Origin: Isurus oxyrinchus
Lineage: Eukaryota
Direction: 5' to 3'
NCBI GenBank assembly: GCA_026770705.1
Contig: JANJGN010000003.1
Location: 230,640,001-230,704,000 of the forward strand
DNA: 64,000 nucleotides
Position numbers and translations under genes: made by a program. Of this stretch, positions 50,295 through 63,993 are shown piece after piece. Within the stretch, counting starts at the first letter, position 1; the number at the start of each line of letters is the position of its first letter. Below the pieces are notes generated by a model, which had not been told where the DNA came from, made no database searches, and saw nothing but the letters and a program-made list of their open reading frames with translations.

Positions 50295-53200
50295 GCTGGA
50301 ATCATCAGTAGACTGCAGGAGCGTCATACCTGATACTTCAGCTTGTCTCAGTGCATCTTCAGTAATGACTTCTCCAGTGAAGATGCTCAGCTAAGGACCA
50401 CAATGCAGTCCCTACTGTTTAGCTACCAGCCAGTCACAGATGAGTCAAAATCTTCTCCAATTTAACAATAGCAAGTCCAAAAGCACATGAGTCAGCTCCT
50501 TCCAAAAAAAAAAAACCCTGCACCCTGGTCCTGGACTTTATCAGCCTTCTCTGACTACTTGCTCAAGCTGACCCCAACATGTGTAAACAAGTATCTGTCC
50601 TCTTTTACCCCCAAAATAAACCTCAGGCTGGCAAAATAAATGACCTATTTCCACTACCATAACTTTGCCTGCCTCTAGCTCATCTTAATCCACGAAGATT
50701 AAAATACCCTTTTGTCAAATGGCAGCTTAGCTCGCACCTCAGATTCAGAATGCTACAGGTTTATTTCAAGAACCCTTGAAAGTATGACACTCAGACACTT
50801 TACACACACTTTTTTGAGAGCAAATATTTATTTTCTAATATGCCGAAACGTGCTCGATGGTGGTGGAGTTTACTTCATGCATTCTGCCTCACCCCTCAAC
50901 CAGTTCCTGCCTCATTGCAGGTTCTTATTTGATTCAAATCCATACAGGAACCCAGGAAAGTTTAATTTAACCAGCTGCCAGCCTGTAAAGGTTACTCCTG
51001 CTAACCACTGAAACCATAATGTTCACATTCATGAACGGATCTTTCCTAATGCAGTGTGTGAAAAGTGCTTTGCCCAATGAATTAAGCGTTGAAATGTAAT
51101 GGCTGTTACATAAACAAACGCAAACCTAAAGTAAATCCCAGGGGTGAGTTCAACATTGTGTGTCCAACACAGGCACAGTGAGCCGAATGGCCTCCTTCTA
51201 TGCTACATCATTCTATGCCTGACTCTGGCCAAGTTTTTAAAAAAAAACTATAACCGCATCAAAGCTTAGAATAATGCTGACCAAATTAACAGAGTGTGAG
51301 ATGGATGCTGGTCACAGACTAAGGTTGGTACCTTCAGCTACAGCCCACTAACACTGGACCCATTCCAACATTGAAAAACATACATTTCACGAGTCAGAGG
51401 GAACGTCTTGGAGTTTATTTTTTAAAAAGACCAAACTGATTTCAACAAGCTCCTGTATATGATACTGAATAAACAATACGCTTATCTATTTATATTACGT
51501 TGACAGGATTTTAATTTCTAAACTTGCTTCCTAGCAGACCTCCAAAGTTTTATCAATATTTGGTGAGATGGAAAGTTAAATCATTCTCAAGGTTGTTTGC
51601 TTTAGCCTTGCTAATACAAATGAAACCTGCACTATGTATAGACAGCAACAGGCACTGTAAACACTACTTCAAATATTTAAAGCAGATTTTTATAACAGCA
51701 TATTTCTGAAATTAGATTTATGCTTTGGTATCAGCCCAATCTCTTTTGTTTAAATAACACAGACCTTGGAGTTTGTGCTGCTTTTTCTGTGGCTCGTGGC
51801 AACCAATGTGTCTCACTCTTTTCTTCATTCTTGCTCACAAGAAGTAACAATTATGTTTAAAAACCACTGAATTTGCAACATACAGAATTGTGAAACAAAC
51901 TCATATTTAATGCACAGCAAGGCAAGGACATGCAAGACAGAGTTCCTACAAACTAAGCCCATGTGGCACCCTGGAACGCAATCAAAAGCAGGACATTTAC
52001 TCAAAGCAGCACAGGGTTAGGTCTATCCTCACTGTCAAAGCTGAACGAAGGAACTGTTTTAATTGGATGGTTTCAATGTGGTTGCACGGTTGTAAAGGAA
52101 AGCTATTTTGATCATCATTTTCTCCAGCATCCAACTGAAGAAGCCAATTGTTATTAAGTTTGCACATGCAGGGTTTACTCTGCTGTGCTCATACAAGGAA
52201 CGACTATAGCTCTATGTAACAGAATGATCTGTATCGTAAAAGAATCTGTACACAGTCATTCTTCTAGCTGCTTTAACGTGGTTCCTGAAAATTGTAATCC
52301 GGGGAACAGTGTTGGGTGGAACTTGCATCACTGGCATCAAGTACAGCATACTTGAAGGCAAGATGAACCACTTCTGTTAAGGTGGTTTGATACCACCACT
52401 TTCATATGAGAGAGATAAGTTTATAATGGGATGTCTAGATTGATTATCCATTCAATGGAATCCTGAGATGTCAAGTGGAGAAATGAGGTGCCCCCTGCAA
52501 TGGATCTTACTGGTCAGGTTGATGGGATGTGTACTATGGTCTGGGGCTTGTGGTGTACTTTTGGTGAGCGAAAATGCCATTCAGGGAAGATTTTGCCCCC
52601 TCTGATATGAGCAATTGGAGACAGTTCTTCAGCATGAAAAACATGCCTTCACTACTTCTTCCTCCTGGACTTAATTTCCACAACAATAGCTGTCTGAATA
52701 AAATATCTGATAAACAGTCCATGTGTATACTCAGCAAAGTCCTGCTTACGTGAGATGCTACAAGGATATGTCTAAAAGCTCTTCAAAAGGGACTAGGATC
52801 AACTCAACTCACAGGACCAGGAGTAGGCCATTCAGTCCCTTGAACCTGTTCAGACATTCAATGAAATCATGGCTGATCGGTGACCTATCTCCATATGCCT
52901 GTCATTGTCCAAGTTCTCTTCACTACATGGACATCCATTGGCCAGACGTATAGGGTTGCTGTTAATCTTTGTCTGCTGATCCACTACCTCAGCACACTTT
53001 TGCATTAAAACAGAACGCAGATGGGCAAACTGATTATATCCACACTTACAGCTCATTGCTAATTCACAGCTTTGTTGGAAATATTCCTCTGGCTAAGATT
53101 TCTCTTGCCGCAGCCTCTGAGCCAAGCCAACAGACAGATTCGCATCTTTCACAAATAAGCGTCAAGCGACTATATCGCTTAAGGGAACCCACCCACTAGG

Positions 53201-54549
53201 AGTCAGACATAACTTTCAGGTTACTGGCCCAGGATGAGAATACATACTGGTGTCAATTTCAAAAATCAAGATGCCAATCCTGCCTGGATCCTATTCACAG
53301 TTGGTGCAGAATTCCCTGAAATTGTCTCTGGAATGTGTGGGCATACGCCATTGTGTCACTGCATTTGTAGGTAAGCAGCCTCCAAACACATGTCCTAAAG
53401 CGAACTGCTTGACATAAAATCTATTAGGAAGCACAGGTAGAGTTGTAATTTACTATATGGTCTTCTTGTAACATGAAAAACGTTAAAATTGTTCGGTGTA
53501 AAGAGGACTTGATGGGACACTGCTTCAAAATGCTGAACTGGGAAGATGCAAGCTAAAGAACTATACAAGGCCTCAGAGGGTTATTGTAATCCTTTCCTTC
53601 CTACCCCCTGCTTTTCAGTCTGCCCTCTTTCAGCCCTGCCCCCAAGCTATGCAACATTCTTATCAAAAGGCCAAACATGAAACCATTTCAAATATTTCCA
53701 CAAGATGGGATAACTCTGGCTAAGTGGTGAATAAAAGCCAAATTCACATTCCCATCAGCTTTTCCTTCCTCTTTCCTTCGAGAGCAGCGTGTTACTGCTT
53801 GCATCATTGGGCCACTCACAATGAGTAAGCCCATCGACAGAACGGGTGCCTCAGTGCTAATACAGAAAGTTGGATGATTCAGACACATTCGCAACATCAA
53901 CTGGCTCAGAAACAAAGAGGGGAAAGAACTCTGTGACCAGCAGCTGGTCACTGACAAAGGAAGAGTGAAAACATCACAAGATGGGAATCACGGTGAAAAC
54001 TTTTGCCCTATCAAAAAGCAAGTACATCATTATCTTTGTTACGTTTTTGCCTCCTCAATTTAAAAGACTTTGAGAAATTGTCATGTACAAATACAAGACA
54101 TCTTCTGCATGTCAGACGTCCATTAAAATCATTATATTTACAAGTCTATTTCAGTACGCTTGTATCAGTGAACCTATGGTCCATTATTATTTGCATTATT
54201 ACATCATTCAGCAAGCAGGCCTATGTATTATCTTCTAATGGTACAAATATTAACGCTCAATTGTCCCCACTCAATATATGATGTGATGTTCAAACGTTTG
54301 GTCCAATATACACAGTGGATGGTAAAAAGGGTACATATTTGAAAGAAACAATATTTCTTTCTGTCTCTGCTAATTATTAGCAGTTACATTGTGCATTGCA
54401 TCACTCTCACTTTAATGAGATGCAAACAGATCAAAAAACTTTTAAATTGGTGAATACATAGCAAGTACCTCATTGAAATGCCTAAAACAGCCGGTGCATT
54501 TATTATATTTATAGGCAACAGCACCTTTGTAATTGACTCCTCGGACAAT

Positions 54550-54985
54550 GAACATACTTACGAACATACAAATTAGGTGAAGTAGGCCACTCGGCCCCCC
54601 AAGCCTGCTCAGCCATTCAATAAGATTATGGCTGCTCTGATTGTAACTTCCACTCCACATACCTGCCTACCCCAGTTAATCTTTCAACCCCTTGTTTATC
54701 AAGAATTTATCCAGCTCTGCTTTAAAAATACTCAAAGACTCTGCTTCCACTGCCTTTTGAGGAAAAGTGTTCCAAAGATTCACTACCCTCAGAGAAAAAA
54801 ATTTTCATCTCTTCCTTAAGTGAGTGACCCCTTATTTTTAAACTGTGGCCCCTAGTTCTAGATTCTCCCACAAGAGGAAACATCCTCTCCACAACCATCC
54901 TGTCAAGACCCCTCAGGATTTTCAAGGTTTCAATCAAGTCGCCTCTTACTGTTCTAAATTCCAGTGAATATAAGCCTAACCTGCC
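54550..54985 (-). mobile_element. CR1 LINE 3' fragment
   Basis: RLGLYSLEFRTVRGDLIETLKILRGLDR..MFPLVGESRTRGHSLKI and a tail. Similar short CR1 ends occur at ~4045-4445, 25440-25890, 26030-26380, 39160-39450 and 48845-49180. Confidence 0.8.
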
Positions 54986-55184
54986 ACTTCTCCGATATAA
55001 GTAGTTGCCTGTGCTAAGCATGGACAAGGCAAGTGGTGGGGGCTGTATTTGAATAATTAAATCACCCCACATACATTCCAAGATGAATTTATCTTAGAAT
55101 TACAGTGGGCTGTAACTCTACATTTATATAGAGGTTCAAAATGTCCTATGGATAAATTAAGATCCACTCATAGTGTTGAATGTT

Positions 55185-55502
55185 TGGCCTTGTGACACAG
55201 TGGACAGCATCGCTACGTGAGCCAGAAGCTTCAGGTTCAAGTCCCACTCCGGGAGCTGATGGCTAAGGAAGATGTATTCATTGTGCAGCCAAACAGGTTG
55301 AGTAGCAACTTGTAAATCCTTCCAACACACGCCAATGGCGGACAGTTAAGAGCGGGAGAGATTCCTGGTCAGCCACGTGATGGAAAGAAAGTTGGAGCCT
55401 CTCCCATCACTATTCACAGCTCCAGATTATAACATGCATGTAAAAGAGTCTGTTGCCATAACAACTCAGACTCCCTGAGAGAACTGTAACACACCACCAC
55501 CG
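55185..55502 (+). mobile_element. tRNA-derived SINE with (CAC)n tail, copy 1
   Basis: A/B-box-like head (gtgacacagtgg ... ggttcaagtccc); collinear homolog at 56152-56450. Confidence 0.7.
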
Positions 55503-55664
55503 ATAGTGTTGAATATCCTCATGTTTAAGAACAGTTAACTCATTTAATGCTGGGGGTGGGGGGAACTAAATGGAATCAAAATTGAAGTTCAAATAAAGTA
55601 TTGCGATAAACTTTCCAAAAAATTACTTTGATTTAGAATAAAGGCAGCATTAAACAGTCCTTAC

Positions 55665-55766
55665 AATTTTCACTCTGGCAGATCCACTTGTGTTTGACAC
55701 CACATCTGTTTCTATTTCAATATGTCTATAATCTTCACAGCCACGGCCATCAATTCGCAGATCATC
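55665..55766 (-). CDS. EXOSC7: EXOSC7 exon 2
   Basis: catcag|DDLRIDGRGCEDYRHIEIETDVVSNTSGSARVKI|gtaag; 102 bp; RNase PH-family R.DGR motif. Confidence 0.96.
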
Positions 55767-56151
55767 CTGATGAATGGAAATTGGAAAAAGTCACTTAAGA
55801 CATCAATTCCCAGCTGAAAAAGAATCACGCATACTATAGAAACAAATGGAACAATATGGCTACATGCCCAAGTCTGAATTGAAAGGCAGGCATAACTTTT
55901 CAATTATATGCCAAGGAGTTTGCTTTATCTTTATAAACTCTCAGATAAATTGATTACCTGAAATTACTTGCCACACACACTGTCAAAAATGCTGGAGCTC
56001 TAGCACCCAATGAGATGAAAAGACTCGGAAACATCACTGAATTAGTTACTAAGCAATACTCACACCTAGACTAAAGTGCTTGTAAACAGCAGCTTTACGC
56101 AAAGGAAAAGGTTAAAACTCATCAGCCGTAACGATACAAAAACTTAATGGG

Positions 56152-56450
56152 AGGTCTTGTGGCGCAGAGGGTAGCATCTGAGCCAGATGCTCTGGGTTCA
56201 TGTCTCATCACAGGACTTGATAGCCAAGGAAGGCACATTCATAACGCAGACAAACAGGTTTTCAACTTGCAAATCCTTCCAGCCAATGGCATGCAGTAAG
56301 AGTGGGAGAGATTCCTGGTCAGCCAGGTGACGGAAAGTAAGTTGGAGCCTCAACCACCACTATCCATAGCTCCAAGCTACAACATGCACGCAAAAGAGTA
56401 CGTTGACACAGCAGCTCAGACTCTGAGTGAATTGAAACACCACCACCACA
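56152..56450 (+). mobile_element. tRNA-derived SINE with (CAC)n tail, copy 2
   Basis: Shares gggagagattcctggtcagcca, gttggagcctc and the caccaccac tail with 55185-55502. Confidence 0.7.
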
Positions 56451-56543
56451 ACACTTAATAACTCCGGACTTATGCAATTCAAACATTTTATTCATTTAAC
56501 CCTTAATCATTTAACTGGGGCAGATATCATTGGAAAAGCATCT

Positions 56544-57849
56544 CGTTAGGAAATAGGGATAGCTTAAGTCAGTTATATTGGTATTTGTAGGTGCTAAGAA
56601 TGAGTTTTAGCTTTAAAGTTTAAGTTTGATTTGTATTTTTGTATCGGTGTTAAGAAAAGTCAAATTGAGTTTTAGTTTCACTTTAAAAATGTGCCTGCAT
56701 TTTTATGAGGTTTTTTTTACGACTGTTGTAGCTAAGTTAAACGAACAAGGAGAGGGAGTTGGGCTGTTGCCTTGAAACAGGGGTCCGGAAAGGCAGGTCC
56801 CTCCCACAGACATACACAGAAAAACTAAAGAAACAGCAGCTTTGAGTTCAGTTTGAAGCCAAGACACCAGAAAGATTGGGCACTGGGAGAGGGAGCTGCA
56901 GATTTCCCAAAAGAACCAAAACGTCCCAAGGCTAAAGGAGTGAAACAGAAAAGGGGGAAAGTCTCAAGCAGACCTTCTAGTCAAAGGAAGAACAGGAACC
57001 TGGAAAAGGTTCTGTTAAGTGAAGTTAAGAAGGAGGGGCAGAGAGAAAGGCTCCAAACTTCAGATTTAAAGAAACAAGATTTAAAGCGAGAACAGCTTGC
57101 AAGAGGCAAGAAGCTCCAAAGAGACAACTGAAGGTCTGTAAGTCTTTATTATAGGCATGTGAAGCAGTGGTACTGTTGATGACTGAGTCAGAGAGAGAGT
57201 GCATGGAAGAAAGCTTGAATACATGTGGCAACCCAGAGAAGAGGAAATTGGAAGGAGAGTTCAAAACTCTGGAGGTGAACCCTTGCGGAAGGCATCTGAG
57301 AGAAATTGTCGGTTTGGGAGAAGACTCCAAGGTGAGGTCTTAGAGAGTGGAGACTGGAAACCCTCGTGTGAAAGACTGACTGCTGAGACACCATTTGGCT
57401 CACGGTGTGACAAGCGTTGGGGCGGGTGGGGGGGGGGAGTGCTGCAGGGAGAGTTGCGGAGTGATCCATTGTAATTGGTTGAGGTGGTATCTGTCACTTG
57501 GTTTCAGAGTGTGGTGTGTCTGACCACAGGGTGCTTATTGGTTTACATGGACTGTATATTTACTGTGAACATTATAGTATAAGATAGCTTTTGTAACTTG
57601 TGTTATCCTTACAAATCTGTATATATCTGTAAAGTATAGGTGTGGGTGAAGGAGTATTGTAATATAATTCATCTTTTCTTGTTAATAAATGTTTTCTTTT
57701 GTTAAAAATTCATCAGCTGACTCCTATTTCTCTGTTCAGTAGCCTCTCTCCACATATCTAATCAAACAAATAAAAGTTAGGATCTATCAAGCTGGGTTCC
57801 ACTCTAGGATCAGGCTTGTCCAGGGGTAACCTCAGCAGGGATCATAACA
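56544..57849 (+). mobile_element. Solo LTR (~1.3 kb)
   Basis: (c)GTTAGGAA...CATAACA termini, AATAAA in the 3' part, 4-bp flanks atct/attt, and a second copy in the window. Confidence 0.75.
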
Positions 57850-58616
57850 ATTTGTAAATTGAATCTTTATTCTCTTAAGCATTTTATTCTTTTCTCAATT
57901 ATTCATTAAAATGGGCTTGAGTGTAGTCCTGAGGTTGACTCAAGTAGCCACAACAGGATAGAAGCTGCTCCAATTCTCAATATTCAAAAGAATCATGATG
58001 AATAAGATGGGCTCTTAACTTGGCCTTAATTCTTTAAATTCATTCTTGGTATGAGTGCCACTGGCTAGGCCAGCGTTTATTGCTCATCTCCAATTGCACT
58101 GGAGAAGGCGGCAGCGAACCACCTTCTTGAACTCCTACAGTTTTGTGCAGTGTAGGTCCACCCACAGTGCACTTTTCTGTAATGACTTTGTACAACTGAG
58201 TAGCACGCTAGGCCATTTCAGAGAGCAGTTAAGAGTCAACCACATTGGTTTTAGCTTAAATATGAGAAGATGAACAATGGACAAAGAGGGGGCTTTGATG
58301 GGTCCGGAGTCACATATAGGCCAGGCCAGGTAAGGGTAGCAGATTGCCTTCCTGTAGTTCAACTATAATAGGTCACTAATGTTTTATTTTCACCATCCCT
58401 AGTGTTAAATTCAAGCATCAGAACATTTGGACCTTCCAGTCTGAAATATATAGCGAAACAATATATATTATATATATTCCGATTGAAATAGGAGTGTATT
58501 TTTTTTCTTAATAAAAATGACACTTTTTTTGTAGTTTTGTTCATCCCTGTAGGCTGGGAGAGTTTGAAAGCCCCCATGCTCTCTACTATTCTGCTAGAGA
58601 TCTCCATGGACAGCCC

Positions 58617-59291
58617 TGTTGAAAACTAAACCTGCATATGCAACTGTCCTAGTCTTCTCTGAGTCTGCATCTATCCAAAGATACTGACTGCTAAGGGGGA
58701 AATTAAAAATGTTAAAAGAGAATACAGTAAGAATTTACTGAAAAACCCCTAAAATCTCCAGGCAGACATGGCTGCTAAACATATTAAGAATTGAAGATTA
58801 CCAGCTGAACATTGCACAGCCTTGTGTCAGACTGGAGACAAAAGTATGACATAAATTAGATTAAGTGTAACCCCCTCTCACACAGGGAAGGGTCAGATGG
58901 TTTTAGCTTAGATATGAGAAGATGAACAATGGACAAAGAGGGGGCTTAGATGAAACACAAACACACAGTTCTGAGTTGTGGGAACCAAGGTCTTTGTGAT
59001 TGGATAATATAATTATTTATGCATCCTTTAGAATAAGTGGTTAGCAAAATCACCTGTACTCAATAGGATAGAGTTAGCATGCGGCTGGTGTGTTGTTTAC
59101 CGATCGGATGTATTCAAATGTATTATGATAAGAAAAAGTACAAAAGTAATGAAATATAATCAATCTGGGAGCTGGGTCTTCATTCTTAGGAATGATTGCG
59201 GCTCCCTTGCATATGCTTGAATAAAACCGGTTAAAGGAAGCCTGAGTCTCAGGTTGCTATGGGATCGGAGTGTAACTTCTCTTCTTCAACA
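58617..59291 (+). mobile_element. LTR-like element (possible ERV solo LTR)
   Basis: TGTTGAA...TTCAACA inverted termini and AATAAA about 70 nt from the 3' end. TSD not evident. Confidence 0.5.
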
Positions 59292-61329
59292 GGTCTATGT
59301 GGTAGTTGCAGGATCGGAGGGTGTACCTTCTTCACTGAGTATGGGCACCGATTGGATACCTTCTCTTTGGCCCTATGCGGATATCTAGCAAGCAAGTAGG
59401 AAAAGGAACAGCAGCTGAACTTGTGGAGGAGGAGTAGAGGTCTTAGGTCATGGCTCTGGCTGCTAGGAGTCAAACCCATTACAGGGATGGGGAAATGTAA
59501 CCAGTCAGTGTTAATCAAGCAATTTTATGTTGCTTTCTGGGACAAAACCAAAGCATATGTTCTAAAACCTGAAGTTCTGCTCCTCTAAAATGAGGGCTTT
59601 GGATTCAACTGGTCAAGGTTTTTTTTGGGTAAGATAGCATACAAATCGCATGATCATTTACCACTATGCTAACAGCAACATACAAGAATAGTCCATTAGA
59701 AGAGATCAGCACCTCTCTTAAGTATTTGGCTCCTTAACAAAAATATGCACTTTGACTGCACTTCTCACAGAATAAATGTCCTGGGCAGTCAGCAGGGGAG
59801 GGATCAAGGATAGTCGTGTAGGTATACATGTGACACTAATTTCTGAGAGGGAGAGAGAAAGGGGTAGGGGACAAAAGATCAACTGGCCAAGTCAATAACT
59901 TCTATTTATGTAGCCCTTTAAAATAGGAAACATCCCAAGACACTTCACAGAAGCATTATAAAATAAAATATAACACCAAGCCACAAAAGAGTTTATTAGG
60001 TCAAAAGGCCAAAGCCTTGGTCTAACAGGTAGGTTTAAAGGAATGTCTTAATGGAAGGAAGCAGGGTAGAGGGTCAGTGAGGTGAAGGGAGGGTATTCCA
60101 AAGCTTAGGGCCTAGTCAACTCAAGGCACAGCCACCAATGGTGGATGGATTAAAGAGATGCATGTTATATTTAGACTGGAGAAGCTTGCAGCAGTCAAAG
60201 GACGATTTTCCATTTTTTACCACCTCATTGCATCCCTCAGAAACATTGTGAAACACTTTACATGCAATGAACTAGTGCAGTGACTTATTTACGTAGGAAG
60301 ATATGGCAACTATTATGCTCAAAATTCCGCAAACGGGAACGATCAGTTCATCAATTTTCAGGTTGGCTTTGAGAATGGACAAACTCCCCCTGGAAATTTT
60401 TTCTGGGAATTTGTCCAAGCACTCGGATTTGCTGACTGGAACATAGGACTCAGCATAGAGTGAAGGAACGGAAATAACTCAATAAACAATAACTTTAAAA
60501 GTGTTAAATATCTGTTGGGTTAACCATATAACAGATCAGAATTGTCAGTTCAACATAGAAAGGATGATGTAAAATGAAGGGTTTCAAATTCCTGGCATAC
60601 TGAAAACACTTTTGGGACTAGAGGAAGGTGTACAAACGGAATGGCCTACACATGAAATGGGGGAGACATAGGTATCCTGATGCAAAAGGTTAAGTTACAC
60701 GGTGAGGAAAGACTTAAACTAGTTGGGGTGGGGCGAGGTGAGTCAGGCAGGAAATGTCCACATATAGATCAAACAGTATGAGAAAAAGAACCACAAACCA
60801 CATGGGCAATTTTGTACATGAATGCATTTGGCACAAGAAATAAAATAAGTTGAGATAGAAGTACAAATTCAGTTTGAAGGACATGATGTAGTAGCAGCCA
60901 TTACAGAGACCTGGCTACAAGCTGTGCATGATTGGCAGCTAAACATCCCAGTAAATGGGATCTCTGAAAAACATCTAATTCTAGACATAAAAAATTCTTG
61001 ATTTAATGCCTCATCTTCAGTTAAACACCTCCAACAATGCAGCATTCCTCAATACTACCTGCAAGTGTCACCCTAAATGATATGCTTAAATCTCAGAATG
61101 TGGTTAACTCACAGCAACTTGCATTTATACAGCACCTTTAATATAGGAAAACATTCCAAACCAGTTCACAGATGCATTATCAAACAAACCTTGACTCCAA
61201 GCTGTGTGTTGGCAGCCTTCCATACACGAGAGATGAACTCGCTGCAAACAATAGGTTTAGGTGGGCAGTGGGGGAGTCTTCACTTGGCGCACTTTTGCTG
61301 ACAGCTGTGAAGGCCAATCCTTGAGAGGC

Positions 61330-61710
61330 AGGTTCTGCCATAAGTGCCGCACACAAAGCTGCCAATTGACATTGTGGGTTGTTGTTTTTGGCACTGGTTG
61401 CAGGTTACCGTGGTGGTGCATGCCAGACCACAGGTGGTGTCACCATTTCCCTCTTTCGCAAGCTAGACTATCGCGCCAGGGAGTCACTTATGTTTAGGGC
61501 CTTTGTGCCACATTTGAAAGTATCCCCAAAATGGGAGCCTTGGTTACCCCACTGATCATCTGGCGCCTGCTCACTCACCATACAGGAATCCTTGGGTATG
61601 TGACCATCTTCCATCCTGTGGACGTGCCTGAGCCACTGCAGCTGCCTCTGTTTGGTTTGTGCTAACAAATGTGGGAACTCTGCCTTTGAGAAGACTGTTG
61701 CATTCATGAT
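61330..61710 (-). mobile_element. RTE-clade LINE 3' fragment
   Basis: QRQLQWLRHVHRMEDGHIPKD matches the RTE C-terminal motif LRWLGHV.RMED.RIPK. Confidence 0.65.
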
Positions 61711-63243
61711 TTTAACATCAAGTCACATAAGGAGATATTAGGCTGGCACCTTGGTCAAAGACACAGATTTTAAGGAGCATCTTAAAATAGGAGAGGGAGG
61801 AATGTGGGGGCTCAGAGGTCAAATTCCAGAATCAAGATCTCAGGGAACTGAAGGCATGACTGCCAATGCTGGAGTGATTAAAATCAGGAATATGCAAGAG
61901 GCCAAATTGGACAAGTAAAGAAATCTGAGGGCTACGAGACTAGAGAAGATTAGAGATTGGGAGGGATGATGCCATGGAGAGGTTTGAAAATAAGGATGAG
62001 AATTTTAAAATCAAAGCTTGGCTGAACTGTTAGCCAACTTAGGTCAATAAGCACAAGGGTATTGGGTGAACAGGTTTTGATGACAGTTAAGACATAAGCA
62101 GCAGTTTTGGATAAACTCAAGTTTATGGAAGATGGGAAATTGGAGATCATTAGAATTCTAATTCAGTCAGGATCTGTACTTAGAAGTAGTTAATCATACC
62201 CAAAACTTTGTTGAGACTTTCCTGAAAGATGTGATAAAGTCAATTTGATAAATACAAGTTCTCCCTTGTTTCCATTGCTAGACTTAAGGCGGCTTAAGGG
62301 TCAGGCTACAGGCAAACAAAGTGACAGAAGACAACAGTGAAAACTACCAAGAACCAGAGGCAAAACCAGAACAAGATGAGACCATTACAAGTGAGATGAG
62401 TGGAAGATTGGAAGAAAAAAAGTGTTGAAAGCATTCAGCCAGTCAGGGTCTGCAGGGAACACAAAGTTATGTTGCAGGTTTAAGTGTTCCAACACTGGCA
62501 GACATGCCTTCATCTTAAACTCAGGAATTCCCTCAGTAAATCTTTCCACCCGTCTCTGCTTCTTGAAGGCACTTCATAAAACCTAACTCTTGGACCAAGC
62601 TTGACCACCTGACCTAATGTGCTTCAGTGTCAAGTTCTTGTTTTGACAACTTACATCTTGCACTTCACAGAACCGCAACGCTTTTGACACAAATTTTGAA
62701 GCTTTAATTGTGTATAGCCGCACACATCATTCCATGTGTGTCAGAACCATAACTGTGCAGGAGTGTGCAACATGGCATTATGGATAAGACATGCACACAA
62801 AACAATATAGATCCCAAATCATTATAGAATGACATAACAATAACACAGGGGCCACTTAGGTCAGTTGGCTAGATGGTTAGGGTGTGGTTCAGAATAATGT
62901 CAACAGCAAGGGTTCAATTCCCCTTCTAGCTGAACTAAACTTGGAACCTGCCTCCTCGCTCTGCCCCATGCTTGATGTGGAGTGGTGCCTCTCAGACTAT
63001 ATAAGCAATTTTCCCTCTAATGAGTGGGTTCCTCGTGGACTAGGCTAGTTACCTACCTACCTACCGACCTAACAATAACACTTTGAAGCGCCATTGGATA
63101 TTTCGCGACATGATAGGCGCTATATAAATACAAGTTTTTGCTGACTAAGTGTGGGCGGGAGGTTCGAGTCGATGGCGCTCCAGCTTCAGTAGGTCGCTGA
63201 GTCGAGCTGGCCTGACGTTGAGGTGAATTGGGCGAGCTCCTAC

Positions 63244-63300
63244 CTGCACTCCGTGCATCACATAGACTTTCTCCGCCTCACTCAGCACCACGGTGGCCAT
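63244..63300 (-). CDS. EXOSC7: Exosome complex component RRP42, exon 1
   Basis: MATVVLSEAEKVYVMHGVQ|gtagg (human MASVTLSEAEKVYIVHGVQ); 57 bp; lies in a CpG island. Confidence 0.96.
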
Positions 63301-63579
63301 CTTCCATCTACGTCATTACACTGCGACCCACGTGACGTCACCACCACCCCATCCGCATGCGCAGTTCCTACTGAAAGCGCTTGATGTCATGCACCGGCCC
63401 ACAGTCATCCTTCCCAGCAGGAAACAATTTAAATCAGCGCAGGCTGATGGGATCGCCACCCCCTGCATCCGCCGGTAAATGTGCTTAAAGTGAATTATAA
63501 CGCCGCCTGGCTAAACGGATGTTGTTGCGGTTGAGGCGCCTGGTGACCGTTTCTGACGTTACGGAGGACCGGAAGGCCT

Positions 63580-63993
63580 ACGTCAGTTCCGGTTTCGCCC
63601 CCCTCCCCCCCCCCCCTCCCCGAATCTCTCTCTCTCTCTCTCCCTCCCTCCCGCCATTTCCGCTTCCTGTTTCCCCTCCCTCCTTTCAGCGTCCAGGGTA
63701 ACGGGCGGTGCCGCAGTGGCTCCCGCTCCTGTCGGGTGGGAAGCTGAGGGACATCGGGGGAAGCAGAGAGCGAGGGGGTGTGGGTGTCTCCCCGGGTTCG
63801 GGGTTTGCTGCCAAGCCCCCCGGAGGGGAGGCCGGGCCTCGGTCTTCATGCGGCCTGAGGCTCCGAGCCGCCTGAGGAGCGGTGGCGGCTCCCCTGTGTC
63901 TGACTGAGGGACCCTGGCTTCGCTTGTTGTTGTGTGTATGTGGAGGGGCGAGGGAGGATAGGATAGGCCCGAGAAGACGCACAAGTTTAACTG
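63580..63993 (+). other. Putative non-coding first exon(s) of the divergent gene, likely ZDHHC3 by synteny
   Basis: Plus-strand donor-like sites AGG|gtaacg (63697/8) and CTG|gtgagt (63993/4) downstream of promoter motifs. No coding sequence is seen, so the identity rests only on human gene order (ZDHHC3-EXOSC7-CLEC3B-CDCP1). Confidence 0.4.

Noticed and set aside
63519-63984. Overlapping ORFs in the CpG island
   Set aside because: Stop-poor GC-rich sequence with low-complexity products and no DHHC or other domain.
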